From Anthoceros angustus (taxonomy: Eukaryota; Plantae; Anthocerotophyta): a stretch of DNA of 64,000 nucleotides. The stretch lies in contig MU008157.1 in the NCBI GenBank assembly GCA_010909165.1, forward strand, positions 744,001 through 808,000, written 5' to 3'. How positions within the stretch are numbered: position 1 is the stretch's first letter; each line of letters begins with the position of its first letter. The translations under genes were made by a program, and so were the position numbers. Shown here piece after piece: positions 9,601 to 21,571 of this stretch. The notes beneath the pieces are model-generated. The model did not search any database, had not been told where the DNA came from, and worked only from the letters and a program-made list of their open reading frames with translations.

Positions 9601-12270
9601 GTCGTGAGAGCGCTGTAAGGAGAAAGAAGCATTGCAATTCTGGGAATTTTGGTGTGGAATGTGTTGATGTTTTCCTTGGGATCGAACTTGGGAGGGCGAT
9701 CCGCAGCGTGTGGCGCGATTTAGACCCAGCCTCACAATCGTGTGAGGCCCCACATATTCAACAAAGCAGCGTTGCTCAATGCAAAGCGCGATTTTTTGGG
9801 AACAAGAGAACTCTGTTTTTGATGCGGACTGGCACAATTAGCAGTCCATGGTGAGAAGGAGAACCTCAACGCCGCTAATGTGGTGACAGGCAGCCATCCT
9901 CGGACAAATTCCCCAAGCGCAACCACGGATAGTCCCAAGGGCAGCCATACTCGGGACAGTCCCAAGCGGATACAGCCGGACAGTCCCAAGTGCAGCCATA
10001 CTCGGGACAGTCCCAAGCGCAGCCCAAAATGATACCCCAGCACAAGCATACTCGGGACACCTTGACCCCACGACACTCAAGAGGTTTACTCCTACCTTAC
10101 CTCTTGTTCGATGTGATGATTTTGTCATTTCCCATATAAGCAGTGCTCACACATCGAGAGATCGAGAAGTTAAACGAGGATATAACGAGCGAGATAAAAC
10201 CTTCATTCCCTTAGAGACAGCGGATGTGTAGGGTGACTAGAGGTGGGCTCAGTCCCGCCTCTCCCAGTCCCGACGTCCGGGACTCACTCAGGCCCAACGC
10301 CCCGGGACACTCTCAGTCCGAGCAACTTGAGGCTGTCTTAGGACCTACTACTTACTTACCTTAGCCATATTTTCCTTTTGTTGAAATAGGCTAGGATATT
10401 TGCTTGAAGGGTACATATATATTTGACCAACCAAACTAACACATTCCCATTTGTTTTCAGGTGTGCTTAGTTAGGGTTTGTTTCATTAACAACACCTAGG
10501 AGTTGACCTAGGTTGGCCGTAGAGAGGTACCCTAGAAGTGCTGCAGGTGAAGGACACCCATGATGACTCACACCAAGGGTGCTGAGGCTGTAGAAATCAT
10601 GGGCAAGCAAGGGACCAACTGCCAAGTGAATCTGAGCGTGGAGATTGAGATGGACGCTGGACAAAAAGGAGGAGGGCGCCCATTGTAGGTGTTGTTGAAG
10701 TCGTGCACGAGGCGCTGTAAGGAGAAAGAAGCATTGCAATTTCTGGGAATTTTGGTGTGTGGAATGTGTTGATGTTTTCCTTGGGATCGAACTTGGGAGG
10801 CGATCCAGCGTGTGGCGCGATTTCAGACGCCAGCCTCACAATCGTGTGAGGCCCGCTATTCAATGATCTTTGTTCAACAGCAGTGCGATTTTTTGGGAAC
10901 AAGAGAACTCTGTTTTGATGCGGGGCACAATTAGCGATCCATGGTGAGAAGGAGAACCTCAACGCTGCTAATGTGGTGACAGGCAGCCATCCTCGGGGCA
11001 GTCCCAAGCGCAACCACGGATAGTCCCAAGGGCAGCCATACTCGGGGCAGTCCCAAGGGCAGCCATACTGGACAGTCCCAAGTGCAGCCATACTCGGGGC
11101 AGTCCCAAGCGCAGCCCACCGATGGAGGTCCAGTACCAAGCATACTGGGACACCTTGACCTCGCACGACACTCAAGAGGTTTACTCCTACCTTACCTCTT
11201 GTTCGATGTGATGATTTTGTCATTTCCCATATAAGCAGTGCTCACACATCGAGAGATCGAGAAGTTAAGAACGAGGATATAACGAGCGAGATAAAACCTT
11301 CATTCCCTTAGAGACAGCGGATGTGTAGGGTGACTAGAGGTGGGCTCAGTCCCGCCTCTCCCAGTCCCGACGTCCGGGACTCACTCAGGCCCAACGCCCC
11401 GGGACACTCTCAGTCCGAGCAACTTGAGGCTGTCTTAGGACCTACTACTTACTTACCTTAGCCATATTTTCCTTTTGTTGAAATAGGCTAGGATATTTGC
11501 TTGAAGGGTACATATATATTTGACCAACCAAACTAACACATTCCCATTTGTTTTCAGGTGTGCTTAGTTAGGGTTTGTTTCATTAACAACACCTAGGAGT
11601 TGACCTAGGTTGGCCGTAGAGAGGTACCCTAGAAGTGCTGCAGGTGAAGGACACCCATGATGACTCACACCAAGGGTGCTGAGGCTGTAGAAATCATGGG
11701 CAAGCAAGGGACCAACTGCCAAGTGAATCTGAGCGTGAGATTGAGATGGACGCTGGACAAAAAGGAGGAGGGCGCCCATTGTAGGTGTTGTTGAAGTCGT
11801 GAGAGCGCTGTAAGGAGAAAGAAGCATTGCAATTCTGGGAATTTTGGTGTGGAATGTGTTGATGTTTTCCTTGGGATCGAACTTGGGAGGGCGATCCGCA
11901 GCGTGTGGCGCGATTTCAGACCGCCAGCCTCACAATCGTGTGAGGCCCCACATATTCAACAAAGCAGCGTTGCTCAATGCAAAGCGCGATTTTTTGGGAA
12001 CAAGAGAACTCGCTTTTGATGCGGGATCGTACAATTAGCATCCATGGTGAGAAGGAGAACCTCAACGCCGCTAATGTGGTGACAGGCAGCCATCCCCGGA
12101 CAAATTCCCCAAGCGCAACCACGGATAGTCCCAAGGGCAGCCATACTGGACAGTCCCAGTACCAAGCATACTCGGGACAAATTCTTTTTACCCATACTCC
12201 TGATGCCCCAAGCGCAGCCCAAAATGATACCCCAGCACAAGCATACTCGGGACACCTTGACCCCACGACA
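6650..12270. repeat. Tandem array of ~1.0-1.1-kb LTR-like units (about 4.5 copies plus a partial copy)
   Basis: The anchor GGGAACAAGAGAACTC recurs at ~6,650, 7,798, 8,812, 9,798, 10,896 and 11,996. Units contain a TATATA stretch, GGGAC..GTCCC repeats and two CA..TG palindromes. The reverse complement is collinear with the LTR at 54,539-55,396. Confidence 0.85.
6755..6925 (+). repeat. 27-bp minisatellite x7 with a GGGACWGTCCC palindromic core (recurs in every array unit)
   Basis: GGGAC starts at 6,755, 6,782, 6,809, 6,836, 6,863, 6,890 and 6,917 (exact 27-nt period); flanks alternate GCAGCCACAGCC / GCAGCCATACTC. Confidence 0.9.
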
Positions 12271-14037
12271 CTCAAGAGGTTTACTCCTACCTTACCTCTG
12301 TTCGATGTGATGATTTTGTCTGCTTCCATATAAACAAATCACACATCGAGAGATAAGAGAAGTTAAGAACGAGGATATAACGAGCGAGATAAAACCTTCA
12401 TTCCCCCTTCTCGAGACATATGTCCTAACCGCAATGCCACAAGGAAACATTTGGTGCTCACACCGATCACATGATCTTTGAGTGTTTACACAGTGAGTAC
12501 AAAGTGCCACACTTCGATCCACGGGCAAACACAAGAGAACCTTTGGAGATCTTCCAAGAGTGATCCCCAAACCAGCAGTGGTAACCAGCATCATCCAACT
12601 GTCCTGCGCTAATCATGCTCTTTGTCATAACTTTGGAACATGCCTAACGTCCTTCAGCATGAAGAAAGACCCGTTGTCAAACTTGAGCTGCACATCACCA
12701 ATGCCTGCGATCTGGCATGCGTAGTTATTTCCAAGCCTAACACATCCTTTCCTTGTAGCATCATTCATGCTAAACCACTCTCTATGAGGAGTAACATGGA
12801 AAGATGCACGAGAGTCAATTATCCAATTGCAGAATAAATGACTATCCACGGTATTAATTGCGACATTCAAGTAAGAAGAGATAAGGACATCTCCGTCCTC
12901 AACGAGTTTAACTCTTCCAACGACATTGAAATCGCCTTCTTGTCGTCCTGCTTCTTCTTTTCCTTGGTCCTTTTGAACTTCTCGCACTCTCTTTTGAAGT
13001 GACCCCTTTTGTGACAATAGTGACACTCCACATTCTTATTCGACTACGAGATTTGCTACGAGAAAACACATCGGTTGCTTCCCCTTGCGTGGACCTCCCT
13101 CTCACTATGAGGGCCTTTGGAACCTTTGGAAGGTTCCATGTTTTTCTGTTCACCTCCTCGGTTAACGGGCTACCTTCTACATTTACAATGGTAAGACCAC
13201 TAGCGAGGCGAAAATTACTCGGCATGCGAAGGTGTCCCAACTCTCTGGTAATGTGACCAACAGAAACATAGCTCTCACGGAATGCAGCGTGATACCTTGA
13301 GATGAGAGGCTGGCTGAAAATGGTATTGAAATCATTCGATGATCGGACATCCTCGTCCCTTCCTTCATCTTCAAGTCCACATTTTCAACCAATACACCGA
13401 GAAGCCGCACTTTGCTTCTCATACAGTCACACACTTACGCATCCGTAACTCGTGGTCTTATCTTTCACATTGAAGTACCTTGTTTTTGACAATGTTAGCA
13501 TGATAGTAGATCTAGCAAGCTCATCCAGTCCACGCCACTCATCACGTGTCATACTATCGGTTTGGCGCCTAACAACTTTATGGGCTTGATCGCTTTTTAC
13601 GCACTAGAACATTATACACTTGTTCTTTCGAGCGGGAAGTTAGTACCATCTAACTTCTCGATATTGAACATAGCGTTTTCGATGATGAAGACATCATGAC
13701 TCAAAATCGATACGTATAAAACACTCGACCCTTGTTAGAAAAGTCAAAGAAGAAAACACCAGACGCCCGTGTATTTTGTCAGCGTTGATCTTCCAACGGA
13801 GTATTTCAATATTCGACACCTTTCTCGCCGCCTCGGCTGCTCGACCCGCGATTATTTCTGCCGGGTTCTTGGCGCCCGCCCGCCCCCATCGCGCCTCGCA
13901 ACGCTCGCGCCTGTGCTCACCTCACTGCGGCAACTCTCGCCGTTGCAGCCTGCACGGAGTCTCGCGGGTGGCTACAAGATGAGTGAGACACGCGCCTGGC
14001 GCACCGCCGCCCGCCGGCTCGCCCGCCACGCAGGCCA

Positions 14038-14068
<31 letters not shown>

Positions 14069-14575
14069 ACGCTGCCGCGGCCATGGGCGCCAGCCAAGGC
14101 CGCCGACATCCAAGACGGCCTGCGGCCCGCGCCCGCGCCCGCGCCCGCGGCCGCGGCGAACGCGCTGCCGCGATCGCCCGCCCGCCACGCCTCGGCCTCG
14201 CCGCGCTGCGGCGTTCGCGCGAGGCGATATGGATCACCTGCAATTCAGCCGCGCCGATACTGCGAAAATTCTAGCATCACAACACAACTGTACCAAAGCT
14301 CGATACTGGGCTTGAAGGATCGTGGTGGCCGCACATGATGGTGGAAAGAGGAGAAAAGAGGAGGAGGCAAGTGTAACTCTCTCCCCTTGAGATGAGGCTC
14401 TGAGGGTATTTATACCCTCCAACAGAGCTCCCTAGGAAGCTCCACAAGAAGCCACTAGAAAGGAGCACAAGAAGCTTCCTAGCGATTAGCTTCAGCTAAA
14501 CTAATGATACTTAAGTGACACCTAACTTAGACTAAGTGTATTAGTCTAAGTACATTGGGCTTTAATACCCTTACA
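12271..14575 (-). mobile_element. Ty1/Copia LTR retrotransposon, 5' portion (LTR, PBS, gag, protease, integrase N-terminus); Tnt1/Tork-like, truncated
   Basis: Minus strand: ENAMFNIEKLDGTNF gag start (~13,690), DLKMKEG UBN2-type gag, CHYCHKRGHFKREC knuckle (~13,030), WIIDSRASFHVT protease, RHVPKL, SMISAGQLDDAGY...KGSLVFARG gag-pre-integrase, LWH.RLGHM integrase zinc finger. The sequence ends at the array junction CACGACA (12,264-12,270). Confidence 0.9.
14313..14575 (-). repeat. 5' LTR of the Copia element (~263 bp), followed by a degenerate tRNA-iMet PBS at ~14,298-14,308
   Basis: Minus strand starts TGTAAGGG (14,575) and ends ..CCTTCA (14,313). The plus-strand GCTCGATACT resembles GCTCTGATACCA, the reverse complement of the iMet PBS. 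Only one LTR copy is present, so the boundaries are unconfirmed. Confidence 0.6.
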
Positions 14576-15272
14576 TCCTTGGCCTGATGTCAGCCTCCAA
14601 GTCCTCCCCCACCCCCTGTTGACGTCTGGTCGCCCACCTTCGCCTTACTTGTGCACGGTCAAGGGTGACCCTGCTTGGAATGGCCCTTGTTCGGATCCTA
14701 TACCGAGGGCTTGTATTTCGCATCACCCATGCAACATGCTCAGCCGAAGCTCAATCCTTGAAACAAGTTTGAGGAAATTGAACGAAGCAAGTATAAAAAT
14801 CAGTCCCAGCTAGGGAGGTATCACAGAGTGTACCACTTAAGGGCTAAGTTGTTATGCGCAGTTCCACCTAGGTTGCTAGTGTAACTAGCCTAGCCAAGAA
14901 CATGCACCTGGCTTATCAATCAAAACATGCAAACACATTTAGAAAATAGGTCAGAAAATCGATCCGTGGTGTATCCCTGCTCATTCTCTGCTACAGACCT
15001 GAACAAATGCTGCTGTCCAAAAGAGCCTCAACCCTTTTGCTGCAAAAGGAGGGGTGTTGGTTGCAACCAGCCTACATTCCTCAATTGAAATGTAAATAAG
15101 CAAACCCTCAAAGGCAATCAGTCCCTGGAAACGGCTCTAAATTGATCACAAAGCATACTAATAGACTTGTCTTGCCGAGGTGAACATTTTGGTATGCAAA
15201 TCATAGGCAACCGACTTATATCGCGGGCACTATATGCTCTAGAAGGCTAGAGTTGCCCCAAAAATTATTTGG

Positions 15273-15295
15273 AACACGATAATTTTTGAAGGGGG
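15273..15295 (+). repeat. Left copy of a 23-bp inverted repeat (partner at 54,331-54,353); candidate DNA-transposon terminal/subterminal repeat
   Basis: AACACGATAATTTTTGAAGGGGG versus the reverse complement of 54,331-54,353, AACATGATAATTTTTGAAGGGGG (22/23 identical). CCCCCTT motifs repeat just inside both copies. Confidence 0.5.
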
Positions 15296-16135
15296 GGAAT
15301 ATAGTAACCCCCTTCGGTCGCCACAGCACCCCCTTGTCACGAAGAACACCTTACCTAGAACAGCATATGTGCCCTACTTTGATAATGCACACACCCTTTA
15401 CGAGGTCATACCAAAGGATAAAAGACGCACTTTCAAGTGAACACCCTAGGCTGAACCTGATGGGTGTGGGCCCGTCTGCGCTTTTGTAGAATGTTTAGAG
15501 GGCTGCCATTTTTATATGTTTATTACAAGAAAACTTTTACTTTGAGTGGTGGAACACAATGAAAACAATCTGTACTAGAGAGTCTCATTTTAATCGTCGT
15601 AAGAACATTGCAACAAACATATACGCTAAAGGAGGGAGTGGTCATCGGCATCGACAATAGTCATTGAAGAGTGCGGCTGGCGACTCATCCATGCCTTGCA
15701 GACGAGTCAAGAACCACGCCATATTCGGATGCGGTCCATATCGTCGCCTCAAAGTTATCGTTCTCCTCCATTGCTTGCTCGTCTTCAATAGTATCATTCT
15801 GGGCCCACCATCTAACGGTGTGGGCGCCACCACTAGGGTTTTTGACCCTCATCCAAAAGGTCGCCGGTCGTAGTCTTCAACCTTCCGCACTCAATGCAAC
15901 CACTTGGGCTTTAAGGCAATGCGGTCCTTAAAATGAACAAAGTTAGTTGCCCATGCGCCCATGCAAGCATCCTTAAAATCAACAAAGTTGAGTTATTAAA
16001 AGATATGGGTTTTGAACCCTACCTATTCATTACTAAACCTTTTCCCAAACACTAGACCAACAATCCCAAGTTACAAACTTATTGAACCACTACATATTCA
16101 TTTTCTTAAAGAAATTTATGAGGAGGCGTGCCTCA

Positions 16136-16905
16136 CGGCGCCCATGGTAGGTGGTGTGTTAGGAGGCGCCCACCGGCGCCATGGGCAAGGCATGGCGTGT
16201 TGGTGGGAGGCGCCGGCCGCGCCCATGGGCAAGGCATGGCGTGTTGGTGGGAGGCGCCGGCCGTGGCGCCCATGGGCGGTGTGTTAGGGGAGGCGCCGGC
16301 GCCCATGGGCGGTGTGCTAGGAGGCGCCCGGCCGCCCATGGGCGGCGTGTTGGTGGGAGGCGCCGGCCGGCCGGGCGCCCATGGGCAGTAGGGGCGCCCG
16401 GCCGGCCGGCGCCCATGAGTGTGGCATGCCTGGGGAGGTCACCGCCGGCCGGGCGCCCGCCTCTGCGCCGCATCACCGATGGTGGCGTGTGGAGGAGGGC
16501 GGCCGCGGGCGGTACCTAGCTCACCCGAGGGTGGGCAACGGTGGTGCGCGTGAGGCGCCCGGCCGGCCGGCCGGCGCCCTCCACGCGCCACCCATCGGTG
16601 GGCCTCGTATGGGTGGCGGAGGGAGGGCGTGACGACGGCCTCCTCCACACGCCACCCATCGGTGGGCCCTCTTACTGGTGGTGCACGAGGCGGCGGCGGC
16701 GGCGCCATCCTCCGCCCACATCACCTGGAACCCCGACGGTGGTGCGCGTGAGGCGCCCGGCCGCCTCCCTCCACACGCCACCAGAGCATCTGGTGGTGGT
16801 GCGCGAGGGAGGCGCCGGCCGGGCGCCCATGCAAGCATCCTGCACCACCACTATGCCCGACGGTGGAGGCTGAACGAGGGCGCCCGCCGGCCGGCCGGCG
16901 CCCCG
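16136..16905. repeat. GC-rich degenerate minisatellite (~35-45-bp units) with internal inverted repeats
   Basis: GGCGCCCATGGGC..GTGTTGGTGGGAGGCGCC repeated about 7 times (16,136-16,400). CGATGGTGGCGTGTGGAGGAGG (~16,478) is mirrored by CCTCCTCCACACGCCACCCATCGG (~16,638). Confidence 0.75.
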
Positions 16906-19900
16906 TGACCACATGGGTCTCGCACCCCCCCTGAAAGGAGTGTTTTTTGTTTTGTGGTTAAGTTGTGAGAATCGTGTGGAGTTGGGATGTGAAGTAGGTT
17001 AGGAAATAAGAAAAGTCTACTAGAGCCTAGTAGGAGGAAGAGAGTCTAGTCACGATCACAGGCCAGGAACCTTGGAGGTTACGCTGCCTTGATTGCTAGG
17101 GCCGATGCTGCGGGACTGTTGCTATGACGACAACCGACGGGAACTGTTGCTATGGTAGCAACCAAGTCGGAGTTATTTTCCGATAAATCGGAAAACCTAA
17201 TTGAGCGAAATCATTGGAAATACCCGAGCAGGAAATGTATGAAGTGATTTCCAGGGGTAAGGGAAGGACAAGGAATATTTACAGCGGCGGGCCAGGCGCG
17301 CCACCTCAAGCTCGGGCGTGGACGGAGGCGGGAGAAGCAGTGGCGTCGCAGTGTCCTGGCCAGCAGCGCACTCAAGAGGCCGAATCGGGTGGAATGGCAG
17401 TCCGGGCGGATCACAGCGGTATGGCCTGAGGCCGGAGTCTTGGACGCGGCATTTAAGTCTGAGCGTGGGAGGAGCCAGGCGGCGGAGCAGACGTGGAGGA
17501 GCTCAGGGGCGCGTGGCGGAAGCAATCAGGAAAGCAGTGGGACCACGGTAAAATCATCACAGGGGAATAATCGGGCGGCGGCTGGAAGGTGAACAGCTCG
17601 GGTCGTGATCTTGGGCGGGAAGAGTAGGAGCGGGCAAGTGAGGGGCCGAGGGGCCGAGGAAGGAAGGAGGAGCGTGCACGAGGTAGGGTGCGACTGGTGG
17701 CACGCACCTAAGGGAGCGGATTAAGGGCGGAGGCGGGGCCGGGAGGTCACCGCTCAACCACGGCTGAGTTTTCTCCCACCTCACATATTTGAGGCCGGAA
17801 GGCGATGGTGAGCAGGCGGGGCGGCGGCATGTTGGGGGTGAGGGTGGAGTAGGGTTCCAATTCGATGTCAGACGGGGCTTTCGTCGTGTGGGTGGTGCGC
17901 GCTTTCCAGTCGTGGAGACACGGAGATACCGGGCCGAGGGGCAAGGCCGGGCGGTAATGATGTAGGAGGGAGGTTGGTGCGGTCGGAGAAAAATCGATTG
18001 GGCACTCCCACATCGTGAGTGAGGAGGCGGCGGTTACCCCTAGGATCCTTGATCAGCCGAGGTTAAGAAGGAAATTTCGAGTGAGGAGTCGAGGAAAGGC
18101 GACACCGAGGAAGGCTTGGAATCTTGAATGGCGGTGTAGCCGGACACTTTCTGTAAACTCTAGGCTCGCGTCACGGGACAAGGAGCATGGGACCTAAGAA
18201 GAACACTCGGTGGCCATTGAGGCCATTACCACTTGTCAATGGCCCAACATGGGGCACTGGAGAGTGAAGGCGGGTTCTTTGGTGGCTAAGCATCACTTGT
18301 CCTTCATGGACAAAAAGTGGTGCTACAATAGCCGTTGGTTGGGAATGTGCAGGCACATGAGGGAGAAGGCCACGGGAAGGCAACACGAGAACCAACCCCG
18401 CACTGGAATATTCGATTGTTCCAGTCTCTATGAGAGGCTGAAGAGGAATGTGGTGGAATAATCATTGATCCTTTCGTGAAGCCATCTCCCAAAAGTCGCA
18501 GGAGGCTGGCGCCATTGCTCCCACATTGTCTAGGGTGGAGAATGGTGGGTCACCAACAAGTTAGACCAAGTGGCGGATTAGCCAAGTGGATCCTGCTCTC
18601 ACTCACTAAGAAGCTAGAGCACATTCGACCATTTTCTTGTCTTTCTCTATGAGGTGGTGAGAGGGTCCAAGATAGATTGGGCTAGGATGTTCTATGACAC
18701 AAGATGCGTGGAGAGGGACCACTTGACCCTACCATCACCCAGCCCCTCGGCTCTATCTCCTTCTTAATCCACGTTTTGACCATGCCAAGTTCTTTGGAGG
18801 GATAGAGATGGTCTCACCTTCCATGCGGAGGCCGGTGTTTGAAAGAAGGAAGCCCAAAGAGGAGTCGAGGAAGAGGCCATCTCCGGTGGCACTGGGAGTG
18901 AAGATGAGAAGTCCAAGTGTCCATGAAGAGGAATGTGGCGCTTGCTAAGGCATCATGTTGCTAACAAAACAGCAGTTGCTAAGACTAGCAGGCACCAAGA
19001 GGTCGGGTGAGCAACGGGGACTCCAACCACTCCTAGAGCCACAAGAGCACTGAACTCACAGGGTGACGGGACAAAGGAAAGGCAGCAGCACCAGTTCGAG
19101 AGCCCGTGGCCGGAAACAGAGGAGGAATCGGCCCAACCTTGGGCACGGCCGGTGACGAGAAAGTCACTACTGCTCAAGGGGTGACCCTCAAGTATACCCC
19201 AAGTGGTCGGGGAGAGTCATTCGCCCAGATAGGAAGGAGGGAACCCATCCCCGGTGGGTTTGGGGCCTAACATCACCCTAAGAGTTGGTCTCATATGGCA
19301 CGCACTAGGTGAGATGGAGGACCGATAGCTCGTCCTCTCTTTGTTAGGTTTCTGGTGCAGGGGAACAACAGGGGAGCGGTAAAGCTCCAGGAATGAAGCA
19401 GAGAAGGAGGTCTTGGAGGGACGCCTAGGTAGCATGGAAGCGGAATTAAGGAAGGTCCGAGAAGAGTTGCGGCGGAAGACCAAGGATCGGAAACCCTCAT
19501 GGTTCAGCTCTCGGACGCACAAAGCACCATAGGAGCCGAATGTCATCTCGGATGCAAGTTCAGTGGAAACGCGGATGCCTATAAGAAGGAGAGGGACGAG
19601 GCAAGGAAAGGTTGGAAAGAGGCCAAGAGGGCCGGGATTGCAAGGAGAGCCACCGTGGAAGATGCGGAGCCTCCATGGAAGAATCTGTCGAGTTAGCATG
19701 AGGAGGTTGCTAAGCAAGCAAGCCAAGCCGCTAAGGAAACACAACTCGGACCTGTTGCTAGCAACAGCTCCAAGACCAGAGCTACAACAAGGAAGAAGGG
19801 GCAAGAAGACCGGAGGAGGACAAGCAGGCCGGGAGGCGGGTAAGCACCGCCTAAGAAGTCTAACTTCCCAATGGTGCATTAGATTGAGGGATGCTTATCA

Positions 19901-21558
19901 AGATAACCATGTGCCCGGATTCTCCTTGGTGGAGAGAAGATTGTCTCCGAAAGTTTATGTTGTTGTGGGCACAGGGGGACATGGAGGTACTTGATCCATG
20001 CCTTGGACCGGATCCTACCTATGGGTTGGATTCTTAAGGAGGAAACTCACCGACCCATCCAGGATTCAAGAGCTCACCGAGGAGGAGTACTGGCTATGCG
20101 GCGAGCACAAGAGAGAGAGGAGTCCACGAGGAGGTAGAGATTTTATGGGAGAGATTGCCCAACCAGCCAAGAGGAGGAGAGCAAGAGGAGAACATGGGGC
20201 TAGGCGGCCTAGGAGGCCCAGGAGAGGTAATAGGGGTGGACAAATAGCTAAAGGCCCATGTGTTATAGATGTAAATCTTATCCTCTCTCATAGTGGGAAT
20301 TGATAGATAGGCCTCTAGGATTGGTAGGCTAAGAAGATTGGTATTTTTGGCAAGCCAAGCCGCTTTTGTGGGTGATCTTGGGTATAAGAGGCCCTCTTGA
20401 TGAAATGTAAGCAATGTTGGCCTAAGTCTTGGTGTTTGGGGAGCACGGGGTTTGGGAGTACCAGATCCAAAGGTCGTAAGTCTAGAACCGCTCTCAGAGA
20501 AGCCAAGAAGACTACCAAGTTGCCCGGATCTGTGGCCGATCCGCAAGGGTGGTGGAAAGCAAGGGAGCCTTGAGGTCTCCTTGGAGGAGTTTCAAGGTCA
20601 AGAGGAAGGGGTTGTGAAGCCGGGAGGCTGTCCACTCTTCCTCATTCCCTTCAGCTTGTCTAGTACTCACCTTGTGTTTGAGTTTTCGGTGTGTTGGAGG
20701 TTGAAGATCCGTGAGTGGATGAATAAGAGAGAGAGAGAGAGAGGAGTAAGAAGGAGAGGGACGAGGCAAGGAAAGGTTGGAAAGAGAGGAGTAAGAAGGG
20801 TGGGAGAAAATCGTAAGTGATGTTTGTGTTGAAGAAGAGAGCTGGAAGGTGAGTGGGTTGAAGATCCGTGAGTGGATGAGATGGAATGATTGGGGGGATG
20901 ACAAGTATTTTGAGAGTTGGTGAAGGGGTTGTAAGGTGGATGAGAACCTTTGAGGCTGGAGAGGGAGAGGAAGTGGAGATTGAATGGGCGGTGAGGTGTG
21001 AGAACAAGGAGAGTTGAAGAGAGTTGGGAAACTTGGAGTGTGGAGGCTGAGAGGCACCTCAAGGTGTGAGAACAAGGAGAGTTGAAGAGAGCTGGAAGGT
21101 GAGCTGAGGCGGAGGAGGAGAGCAAGAGGAGGAGAGCAAGAGGAGGAGAGCAAGAGGAGGAAGAGTTATGGGCGTAATCCGATTGGTGGATCTAACTTTG
21201 TGGATGAGTAAGAGAGAGAGAGAGAGGGGAGATCAGCCTTATCCACTTGGATCCCACCCACCCACTATTAATAGCCGACTGATCCCAAGGTGGACCCCCT
21301 GCTGAAATAGAGGCGGTTGCTAAGTTAGCAACCGGTCGTCTGCCGGGGAGCATCGTGGCTAAGATAGCCACAGTGCGAGTGTTGTTAGGATAGTAGTCAG
21401 TCAGGCTAGATGTTTTGGTGTGTCTGTTTGGTTGGATTGGCTATGTTTTGGTTGTCTTGACACGAAATCACTCCTTGGGTACGAATCTCAAGTCTACAAC
21501 GATAAAGAGGGTAAATGTGGCCTCTTTGTGACCACTTGGTTTAGAAAATCACTCCACA
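16906..21558 (+). repeat. LTR1 (~4.65 kb; first ~5 nt missing)
   Basis: Collinear with 29,941 onward and 43,009 onward; ends CTCCACA immediately before TTT-TGGCGCCGTT. Confidence 0.85.
18187..19880 (+). pseudogene. Long frameshifted accessory ORF inside the LTR (globular N-terminal part + coiled-coil C-terminal part); copies at ~31,129, 44,180, 45,878 and 47,657
   Basis: The same peptides recur across copies: MGPKKNTPVAIEAIT..WPNMGHWRVK, HHLSFMDKKWCY, LEYSLFQ.YERLKEECGIIIDPFEPSPK, FYEVVRGSKIDWARMFYD, then EGRLGSMEAELRKVREEL...KKERDEARKGWKEAKR. No family assigned. Confidence 0.65.
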
Positions 21559-21561
21559 TTT

Positions 21562-21571
21562 TGGCGCCGTT
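21562..21571 (+). promoter_or_regulatory. Primer-binding site, tRNA-Asp type (second copy 36,955-36,966)
   Basis: TGGCGCCGTT(GC) lies 3 nt after the LTR-terminal CA; it is complementary to the 3' end of plant tRNA-Asp(GTC), as in Athila-like elements. Confidence 0.85.

Noticed and set aside
13769-14338. Arg/Ala/Pro-rich ORFs in the Copia 5' leader
   Set aside because: Produced by (GCCCGC)n and very high GC content, which lacks stop codons; no domain signal.
15642-15833. Short minus-strand ORF as a Harbinger/PIF transposase remnant
   Set aside because: Only vague resemblance (WFLTRLQGMDE); no DDE motifs and too short to support a call.
16128-16914. Overlapping ORFs in all frames of the GC-rich block
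   Set aside because: These are translations of a minisatellite.
17146-17162. GTTGCTATGGTAGCAAC as an RFX X-box
   Set aside because: It resembles the X-box, but RFX factors are not known from plants; retained only as an unexplained palindrome.
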